From Bacillota bacterium (GTDB lineage Bacteria; Bacillota; Limnochordia; Darwinibacteriales; Darwinibacteriaceae): a DNA stretch of 64,000 nt. Both the position numbers and the translations under genes were made by a program. A model generated the notes under the pieces. The model was not told the origin of the DNA. It saw nothing but the letters and a program-made list of their open reading frames with translations, and ran no database searches. Positions 10,292-17,217 of the stretch are shown in pieces. Each line of letters starts with the position of its first letter. Positions within the stretch are counted from its first letter, which is position 1. The stretch spans positions 30,489-94,488 of the forward strand of contig DUPN01000100.1 of NCBI GenBank assembly GCA_012838305.1, read 5' to 3'.

Positions 10292-11263
10292 ATGACTGAA
10301 AACAAGCTGTATCCATTGAAGTTTCACCCCATCTACAAGGAGAAAATCTGGGGCGGGCGGCGATTTGAGGGTCTTTTTGGCCGCTCTCTGCCCCAGGGCT
10401 TGATTGGGGAAAGCTGGGATGTGGCCGCCCATCCCCATGGCACAAATGTTGTGGCCGAGGGACCCCTCCAGGGATGGGATTTGGGGCAGCTGGTTCGCGG
10501 CTATGGCCATGACCTGGTGGACGAAGAACGATTTCCTCTCCTGCTGAAACTGATCGATGCCAATCAGGATCTCTCGGTCCAGGTTCATCCAGACGATGCC
10601 TATGTCCGCAGGCAGACCGCAGAAGCCTTCGGCAAGACGGAAATGTGGTATATTATTCATAGTGAACCCGGCGCCTGGATCATCTGGGGATTGCGCCCCG
10701 GCGTTACCAAAAAAGAGTTTTCAGCCGCTCTCCACAAGGGGGGAGCTGAGCTTTTGGCCTGCTTGAATAAGATCCAGGTGCAGCCCGGTGAGATTTATCC
10801 CATTAGCGCCGGCCTAGTTCATGCTCTGGGAGCAGGCGTGGTTGTGGCAGAAATCCAGCAGAATTCCGATACCACCTATCGAGTCTACGACTGGGATCGC
10901 CTGGACGGAGAGGGGCAAAGCCGAGAACTCCATGTAGAACAGGCACTTGATGTAATTGATTTTTCACCGGAGGCTTTGGATCGAGACTATCAGTTTGCCC
11001 GTTGTCATCAGCATTTCCAGATGGAGGTTCTCACACGGCCCCAAGGGGTGGAGCTGCATTTAAAGAGCGGGTTTCAAATTCTAACAGCCCTGGTTTCTCC
11101 GGCTGAGATTTTGTGGGCGGAGGGAACGAGTGTCTTAAGGCCGGGCGAGTCCTGCTTGCTGCCTCCTCTCTTAGGAAATTGCACTCTGCTAAGTGGTGGT
11201 GTAGTTCTACAGAGCTGCCGTAACAAACCGGCGAGTAAGGCTGGAGGGAGTGTGCGGTTATGA
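10292..11263 (+). CDS. manA: class I mannose-6-phosphate isomerase
   Basis: 323 aa. GESWDV, LSVQVHPDD, KTEMWYI and VHALGAG (zinc-ligand blocks of type I PMI). Confidence 0.85.
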   Translation: MTENKLYPLKFHPIYKEKIWGGRRFEGLFGRSLPQGLIGESWDVAAHPHGTNVVAEGPLQGWDLGQLVRGYGHDLVDEERFPLLLKLIDANQDLSVQVHPDDAYVRRQTAEAFGKTEMWYIIHSEPGAWIIWGLRPGVTKKEFSAALHKGGAELLACLNKIQVQPGEIYPISAGLVHALGAGVVVAEIQQNSDTTYRVYDWDRLDGEGQSRELHVEQALDVIDFSPEALDRDYQFARCHQHFQMEVLTRPQGVELHLKSGFQILTALVSPAEILWAEGTSVLRPGESCLLPPLLGNCTLLSGGVVLQSCRNKPASKAGGSVRL

Positions 11264-12153
11264 GAAAATGTATGTTAAGCTTGCTTGTTATCCTGCTTTT
11301 GTTAGCAGCCTATCCTGTTTTTGGTCAGGAATTGCAGGTGGTGGCGACGTTTACTATTCTGGAAGACTTCGTCAAGGCCGTTGGCGGTGAGCGGGTCGAA
11401 GTGCATGCTTTGGTGGGGCGGGGCATAGATCCCCACACCTGGGAACCTACCCCAAAAGACGCCCGCCTTGTGGCGCAGGCCGATCTTGTGGTGGCTAATG
11501 GAGCGGGCTTCGATCAGTGGCTGCTTGATTTGCTCCATAACGCTGCCGGAAGCGATACACCCATCGCTTTTGCGTCGGAGCGACTTTCGGTTTCAGCGCT
11601 TAGCCATTCCCATCACGATGAGCAAAACGGACATGGGGGAGATCCCCACTTTTGGTTAAGCGTACCGAATGCCATCTCCTATGTGCAGCAGATTACGGAG
11701 GCTCTGGTCCGCTTGTCGCCAGCTGACAGCGTGTATTTCATGGAGCGTTCCCACGCTTATATGGAAAAGCTCGCCGAACTGGATCGCTGGATGCAGGATC
11801 AGCTGGGGAAAATCCCCAAGGAAAACCGGGTCATTGTGACCTATCACAATGCCTTTAGCTATCTGGCAGAGCGCTACGACTTTGAGGTGGCAGAGTTCCT
11901 GGTCCAGAACCCCGAGGCTGAACCTTCCCCGAGAGAGCTGGCCCGTTTGGTGAATCTGTTGAAAGGCCGCGAGAAGCGAGCTCTGTTTGTGGAACCGCAG
12001 CTGAGCAGCGGTACCCGCTATATGCAAACCCTGGCCCGGGAGATTCAGGGAGAACTGTATACTCTCTACAGCGATAGTCTGACCGATTTGGTTCCCACCT
12101 ACCTGGATTTGATGAAGTACAATACAGAAACTCTAGTGGAGGCTCTGAAATAA
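11260..12153 (+). CDS. znuA: metal (probably zinc) ABC transporter substrate-binding protein, ZnuA/TroA family
   Basis: 297 aa with signal peptide. DPHTWEP, DPHFW and a His/acidic loop SHSHHDEQNGHGGDPH typical of ZnuA. ATGA overlap with manA. Confidence 0.85.
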   Translation: MRKCMLSLLVILLLLAAYPVFGQELQVVATFTILEDFVKAVGGERVEVHALVGRGIDPHTWEPTPKDARLVAQADLVVANGAGFDQWLLDLLHNAAGSDTPIAFASERLSVSALSHSHHDEQNGHGGDPHFWLSVPNAISYVQQITEALVRLSPADSVYFMERSHAYMEKLAELDRWMQDQLGKIPKENRVIVTYHNAFSYLAERYDFEVAEFLVQNPEAEPSPRELARLVNLLKGREKRALFVEPQLSSGTRYMQTLAREIQGELYTLYSDSLTDLVPTYLDLMKYNTETLVEALK

Positions 12154-12923
12154 TGTCCGTTGCGTCCGATTTGGCTTTAGACATCGAGAATTTGTCCGCA
12201 GGCTATCCCAACAATGTTGTGCTCCAAGATGTCTCCCTGCAGGTGAAAAGGGGCACACTTGTGGCGATTATTGGGCCCAATGGCGGTGGAAAATCCACCT
12301 TACTCAAGACCGCGGTGGGTCTTTTGCAGCCTCTTAGTTACACCGTGCTTGAGCTGCTCGGCCAAAACCCGCAGACGGCGCGCCGCAATATAGCCTACCT
12401 GCCCCAGCAGGAAGAAGTGGATTGGACCTTTCCCCTGACTGTGCTCGATGTGGTGCTCCAGGGGCGTCTGGTTCGGAAAGGACTATGGGGGCGTTACAAC
12501 AGCCAAGATTTTGTTTTAAGTCGGGAGGCACTGGATTTCTTTGGGTTAGGTGAGTACGAGCGAACGCAAATTGAAGCCCTCAGTGGGGGACAGAGGCAGA
12601 GAGTTTTTCTAGCTCGGGCCCTGGTTCAAGAGGCGGACCTAATTCTCTTGGATGAGCCCGCCACTGGCCTTGACGCCAAGGCACAGCATGAAATGGCCGA
12701 TCTTCTGGCCAAGTTGAGCAAGGAAGGCAAGACCATTGTCGCGGCCACCCACGACTTGAATTGCCTGACCGAGTGTTTTGATCATGTCTTGGCCCTTAAG
12801 GGGCGTGTTTTTGCCCAGGGGACACCGGAAGAAGTGCTTACAGAGGAAAATATGGTTGAGCTCTTCGCCCGCCACTTTCCCAAGGTGGGCGCCAGTGGGG
12901 AGGTGACCCTCCATGAGCATTGA
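12153..12923 (+). CDS. znuC: metal ABC transporter ATP-binding protein
   Basis: Walker A GPNGGGKST, signature LSGGQRQR and Walker B LILLDEP. Confidence 0.88.
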   Translation: MSVASDLALDIENLSAGYPNNVVLQDVSLQVKRGTLVAIIGPNGGGKSTLLKTAVGLLQPLSYTVLELLGQNPQTARRNIAYLPQQEEVDWTFPLTVLDVVLQGRLVRKGLWGRYNSQDFVLSREALDFFGLGEYERTQIEALSGGQRQRVFLARALVQEADLILLDEPATGLDAKAQHEMADLLAKLSKEGKTIVAATHDLNCLTECFDHVLALKGRVFAQGTPEEVLTEENMVELFARHFPKVGASGEVTLHEH

Positions 12924-13734
12924 TTTGATCCTGGAACCCTTCCAATATGGTTTTATGGTGCGAGCCTTTGTGGGCACTGGTTTGGTGGCGATTGTGGCCG
13001 CTGCGGTGGGTACCTTTGTCGTCTTAAAGGGAATCGCCTTTATGGGCGATGCCATTGCCCATACCTCCTTTACAGGAATTGCCTTGGCTTTGATCCTGGG
13101 CATCAGCGTCTATGTGGGTGCCCTGCTCTTTGCCCTTTTGACTGCCTTAGGGGTGATCTTCTTAACTCGGGTTTCCAAAGTCAACAACGACACTGCCCTC
13201 GCCATTTTGTTCACAGGGGTCTTTGCCCTGGGGATTGTGCTATTGGCAGGCACACCTGGATTCTCCGGGGATCTCAACAGTCTTCTGCTCGGTTCTGTGA
13301 TGGCCATTCAGACTCGTGAGATTCTACTGATGGCTGCCCTGGCTTTGCTCTTGGCCATCCTTTTCGTCGTTTTCTTCGAACGCTTTGTCTTGGTTTCCTT
13401 CGATCCCGTGGGCGCCGAAGCCGCGGGCTTTCCTGTGGTTTTTGTGCAAAGCCTGCTCTTGACCATTGTGGCCGCGACCATTGTCATTTCCATTCAAGCG
13501 GTAGGCGTAGTGCTTGTTGTAGCTCTGCTGATCACCCCAGCAGCCACCGCCGGCTTACTCACCAAGCGCTTGAAGCTGCTGATCCTTTTGTCGTCCGCAC
13601 TTGGCCTCTTTTCATCCTTTTGTGGTCTCTACGTCTCCTACTTCTTTGGCGCTCCCCCCGGGGCTACCGTGGTGCTTGTAGCCACGCTGGTATTTGCACT
13701 GGCCCTGGGAGTCCAAAAGCTGCGGAGAGTCTAG
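12913..13734 (+). CDS. znuB: metal ABC transporter permease (ABC-3 family)
   Basis: 273 aa and highly hydrophobic. GDAIAHTSFTG and the ITPAATA motif of ZnuB/MntB-type permeases. Confidence 0.85.
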   Translation: MSIDLILEPFQYGFMVRAFVGTGLVAIVAAAVGTFVVLKGIAFMGDAIAHTSFTGIALALILGISVYVGALLFALLTALGVIFLTRVSKVNNDTALAILFTGVFALGIVLLAGTPGFSGDLNSLLLGSVMAIQTREILLMAALALLLAILFVVFFERFVLVSFDPVGAEAAGFPVVFVQSLLLTIVAATIVISIQAVGVVLVVALLITPAATAGLLTKRLKLLILLSSALGLFSSFCGLYVSYFFGAPPGATVVLVATLVFALALGVQKLRRV

Positions 13735-13747
13735 ATGGAGGGGTACG

Positions 13748-14653
13748 ATGTTGGATCAGCGCAATGTGCTCACCACCACGGTGAGAGATGACGAGGACGG
13801 GGTGATGGTAAAAGACATCGTCTACGGCCGCCTGGATCTCAGCCGCGGACTGCTGCGACGGATGAAAAGGGGCGGCGGGATCTACCTCAACGGCCAGCGG
13901 GACTACTTGACTCGCAGGGTCAAGCCGGGCGATATTATCCAGATCGTTTTTTTTGACGAAAAGACCCGTATGGAACCGCAGAAAATTCCCCTGGACATCA
14001 TCTACGAAGATGACTATTTGTTGATTGTGAATAAAGCCGCAGGAATGGCTGCCCATCCCGCTGGGGCCTACCAAGAAGGAACTTTGGCCAATGCCCTAGC
14101 TTATTATTGGGAAGAGATCGGTCTGGCCACCAAGGTACGCCTGGTGCACCGGATCGACAGGGATACTTCCGGTCTGATCCTGGTAGCCAAAGAACCTTAT
14201 ACGCTGCAGAGGCTGCTGCGGCAGCTCAGCCGCGGTGAGTTAGTCCGGGAGTATCTTGCCATTGTCCAAGGGGTGGTAGTGCCCTCTCAGGGAGAACTGT
14301 CCATGGCCATCGGCCGATCGATGGACCATGGTGTCAAACGGGCGGTGCAGGAAGGAGGTAAAGCGGCCAGGACCAGTTACAGAGTGCTCAGCACAAGCCC
14401 CCAAGCCAGCTTGCTGAGGGCCCGCCTGGAAAGCGGCCGCACCCACCAGATTCGGGTGCACTTTGCCAACATTGGTCACCCCGTGCTCGGGGACCCTCTT
14501 TATCATCAAGCTCGGCCAGGAATCCCCGGCCAGGCACTGCATGCTTGGCGTTTGCAGTTTACCCATCCACGAACGAAGCAGACACATGAAGTACGTTGTC
14601 CTGTACCAGTAGACGTGCTAAATTTATGGAAAGAATGCCGGAAGGAGCAGTAA
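13748..14653 (+). CDS. rluD: RluA-family 23S rRNA pseudouridine synthase (RluD-like)
   Basis: HRIDRDTSGLILVAK catalytic motif, GRTHQIRVH, and an N-terminal S4-like segment. Start moved to ATG 13748 behind GGAGG. Confidence 0.85.
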   Translation: MLDQRNVLTTTVRDDEDGVMVKDIVYGRLDLSRGLLRRMKRGGGIYLNGQRDYLTRRVKPGDIIQIVFFDEKTRMEPQKIPLDIIYEDDYLLIVNKAAGMAAHPAGAYQEGTLANALAYYWEEIGLATKVRLVHRIDRDTSGLILVAKEPYTLQRLLRQLSRGELVREYLAIVQGVVVPSQGELSMAIGRSMDHGVKRAVQEGGKAARTSYRVLSTSPQASLLRARLESGRTHQIRVHFANIGHPVLGDPLYHQARPGIPGQALHAWRLQFTHPRTKQTHEVRCPVPVDVLNLWKECRKEQ

Positions 14654-14656
14654 TGC

Positions 14657-15085
14657 ATGCTTGAAGTAACGGGAAAAATGGTTTGGAAGGGGGCCAAGGC
14701 TGGACTGGATACAACCTGGGAATTAGCCAAGGTGGTGGTACCTACCGCCATCGTTGTGGCAATTTTTCGAGCTAGCGGCCTTTTAGATACCATCACCGCC
14801 TTGTTCGCTCCCTACATGGGCTTCTTTGGCCTCTCCGGTCAAACGGCCATCGTCCTTTTCAGCGGATATTTTATCAATCTCTATGCGGCGGCCGGCAGCA
14901 TCCTTGCCCTCAGCCTGCCTGTTCAGGAAATCGCCATCACCTCTGTCATGCTTGGATTATGCCATTCCCTCTTGGTGGAGTTGCCTGTGAGCCAGAAAGC
15001 CGGCAGCCCCCTTGGTTACATCTTTCTAATCCGCCTCGGCTGCTCTTTGGCCATGGGCTGGCTGTTGGGAGTGGTTTTGCCATGA
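14657..15085 (+). CDS. nucleoside-recognition (Gate) domain membrane protein
   Basis: 142 aa polytopic membrane protein, resembling the N-half of SpmA/YjiH-type Gate-domain proteins. Confidence 0.55.
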   Translation: MLEVTGKMVWKGAKAGLDTTWELAKVVVPTAIVVAIFRASGLLDTITALFAPYMGFFGLSGQTAIVLFSGYFINLYAAAGSILALSLPVQEIAITSVMLGLCHSLLVELPVSQKAGSPLGYIFLIRLGCSLAMGWLLGVVLP

Positions 15086-15516
15086 GTGTACTTTGGGAAG
15101 GTTTGCTGCAGGGGATGCGAGGTGTCGGTACCATCGCTCTGGTGGTGATCCCACTGATGATTACCTTGGAAATCGCAGAGAGCAATGGTTGGCTGCAGAA
15201 GCTAAACCGGGTAGTATCGAAGCCCTTTAGGACCATAGGTCTCAGTGAGGAAGGGGCATTTCCTGTGGTTGTGGCCATGGTTTTCGGTCTCACCTTTGGA
15301 TCGGGTGTCATCATCAACCATGTTCGCCGCGGCCAAGTAAGCCGCAAAGAAGCGCGGGTCACAGGGACCTTTATGGCCTTGGCCCACGCCTTAATTGAAG
15401 ATACCCTAATTTTCTGGGCTCTCGGTGCGCCTTTCCTGCTGCTTTTGGCACCGCGACTGCTGGTGGCCTATGCGATGGCCTACATCGTGCATAAGCTAAC
15501 GCCCGCTGAGTCCTAA
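15082..15516 (+). CDS. nucleoside-recognition (Gate) domain membrane protein, partner subunit
   Basis: In-frame ATG 15082 within track ORF 14959-15516 overlaps the upstream stop (ATGA). About 144-aa membrane protein. Confidence 0.55.
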   Translation: MSVLWEGLLQGMRGVGTIALVVIPLMITLEIAESNGWLQKLNRVVSKPFRTIGLSEEGAFPVVVAMVFGLTFGSGVIINHVRRGQVSRKEARVTGTFMALAHALIEDTLIFWALGAPFLLLLAPRLLVAYAMAYIVHKLTPAES

Positions 15517-16652
15517 CCCACAGGGACAACCTCCAGGCGGTCGATGACCCAATGATTCTGACCAGGGGATAACTCCAGGTTCAAAAGGAGCTTTGTACGT
15601 TCTGCGTGAGGTACAAAGACGGTGATGGCAAAGGGCTCTAAGACAGCATACTCAACCGTCCAGGGTACCACAGGGTTCAGGCTCAGCAAAAATTGGAGGA
15701 CATCCCCCTGGCCCTGGGCGATGCTAGGGTTAAGTAAGGAGAGGAGCCTGTCTTCGTTGGCGGCCTGCACCGCCAAGCGCATCGCACCGACAAACTCTTC
15801 CACAGAGTGCAGCACTTCCCTGGGAAGGTCTGGCCCTTGGGGGGTCAGGGCGAAGGATACGAGCTCCAGACGGTCGCCCCGCTCCTGCCAGAGCACGGAC
15901 GCCTGATAGCGGAAACCTCTGTCTGTGGAAAACAAGATCGTATGCTCATCCTGGGCTGAACTCGTGACCCTTCCATAGGAGCTGGGCAGGCTGGCCAGGT
16001 ATTGCCCCAATCCGGCCTGGCGCAGAGGGTGGCTCAGCAGAGCCTCGATTTCCCCCACATTTCTCTGATTGATGGAGTTGGTCAGCCTGGTTACCTGCAT
16101 CTGCATCCTGGACGCTCCTGCCCGCGTAGGTGGATCAACGAGCGGGGGCGTTTCTGTCAGGGGCTGATCGGCCGCTGCAAGGGCAGTACTCCTCACGGTG
16201 AGCGCTGGATAGAAGGGGGGCTCGCTCTGCCAGGAGACCAGGCTCCAATCGTCCGGCAATGTGAAATGAATCTGGGGGCTTTCAATGGCAAAAGAGAACT
16301 CTGGAAACCAGAGACTGTCCCGATCCAACAAAACCTCGCTGTTTCTTGGGCTCAAGAACCCTTCGTAGGAGAGATTTAAGGTCTGCCGCCGGACTTGCTG
16401 CAGTGACAAGGTGACCACTGTGCCATGTGCGCTCCGCTGGATATTGTACTCGCGCAGTTCGTCGGCCCACAACTCCGTAATCTGGGCTGAGGGGAAGAGC
16501 AAAAAGGATGGCGCCGCACTTCCTGGTTCCATGGTGACTTCAAGCTGAACCCGGAGGAAACCGCTCTCCGGCAGGAAGAAGACCTCCGCTTGGGCCAGGG
16601 CCGATGTGCTCCATAAAAGAAGTAACAACAGACAGTAGACGCTTTTTCTCAT
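15513..16652 (-). CDS. secreted hypothetical protein
   Basis: 379 aa. Cleavable signal peptide MRKSVYCLLLLLLWSTSALAQA. I recognise no family. Start overlaps the GNAT stop. Confidence 0.55.
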   Translation of the reverse strand: MRKSVYCLLLLLLWSTSALAQAEVFFLPESGFLRVQLEVTMEPGSAAPSFLLFPSAQITELWADELREYNIQRSAHGTVVTLSLQQVRRQTLNLSYEGFLSPRNSEVLLDRDSLWFPEFSFAIESPQIHFTLPDDWSLVSWQSEPPFYPALTVRSTALAAADQPLTETPPLVDPPTRAGASRMQMQVTRLTNSINQRNVGEIEALLSHPLRQAGLGQYLASLPSSYGRVTSSAQDEHTILFSTDRGFRYQASVLWQERGDRLELVSFALTPQGPDLPREVLHSVEEFVGAMRLAVQAANEDRLLSLLNPSIAQGQGDVLQFLLSLNPVVPWTVEYAVLEPFAITVFVPHAERTKLLLNLELSPGQNHWVIDRLEVVPVG

Positions 16653-17098
16653 TGATCCCTCTCCTCGATTTCCCTGATCTGGCGACGCATGGTGCGGTGG
16701 GGGATACCGCCGTCTAGAAACACGGCTCCTTCTGCCTTGAAACCTAGCTTCACATAGAAATCCAAGGCCTGAAGCTGAGCGGCTAACACGAATTCGTTAC
16801 GACCCGCGGCCGCCCCTGCGGCCATGAGAGCCTGAAGCAGCCCGCGGCCGAAACCCCGACCCCGAAACTCGGGCAGAATGGCCAAACGTCCTATCAGGCC
16901 CACCCCGTCTTGAAGCACCAAACGACCCGTACCAACCAAGCGGCCGTCCAGAAAGCCGCCAAAGTGACGAGCGGTTAAGTCCAGACTATCGTGCTCCTCT
17001 TCCAGGGGCACCTTTTGTTCCTCCACAAAAACCTGAATACGGATCCTCATAGCGGCAGAAAGTTCCTGCTGCTGCAACTCACGATAGACGGCTGGCAC
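16649..17098 (-). CDS. GNAT family N-acetyltransferase
   Basis: Acetyl-CoA motif A block ILPEFRGRGFGRGLLQAL. I moved the start to GTG 17098 (GGGAGG 7 nt upstream), because the longer track ORF would cover a strong divergent promoter. Confidence 0.7.
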   Translation of the reverse strand: MPAVYRELQQQELSAAMRIRIQVFVEEQKVPLEEEHDSLDLTARHFGGFLDGRLVGTGRLVLQDGVGLIGRLAILPEFRGRGFGRGLLQALMAAGAAAGRNEFVLAAQLQALDFYVKLGFKAEGAVFLDGGIPHRTMRRQIREIEERDQ

Positions 17099-17144
17099 GG
17101 ACAAACCTCCCAAAATGTTCCTATGGTATGTTTTGTCTTTTTTC

Positions 17145-17173
17145 TTGAAATCCCTGCCAAGGGTTGCTATAAT
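17145..17173 (+). promoter_or_regulatory. sigma-A promoter of the aminotransferase-reductase fusion gene (TTGAAA-17-TGcTATAAT)
   Basis: TTGAAA at 17145-17150, 17-bp spacer, extended -10 TGcTATAAT ending at 17173. Confidence 0.55.
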
Positions 17174-17178
17174 TAGCG

Positions 17179-17201
17179 TGTGCACAGTTTGTGCTCACAA
17201 A
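17179..17201. promoter_or_regulatory. tandem palindromes at the transcription start (candidate operator)
   Basis: Perfect palindromes TGTGCACA (17179-17186) and TTTGTGCTCACAAA (17188-17201) lie between the -10 and the RBS. Confidence 0.3.
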
Positions 17202-17217
17202 TTTGGGGAGGTCAAGG

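Noticed and set aside
16649-17185. Long (178-aa) form of the GNAT ORF
   Set aside because: Its first about 29 codons would cover the TTGAAA-17-TATAAT promoter of the divergent fusion gene. An internal GTG with a GGGAGG RBS gives a normal GNAT length.
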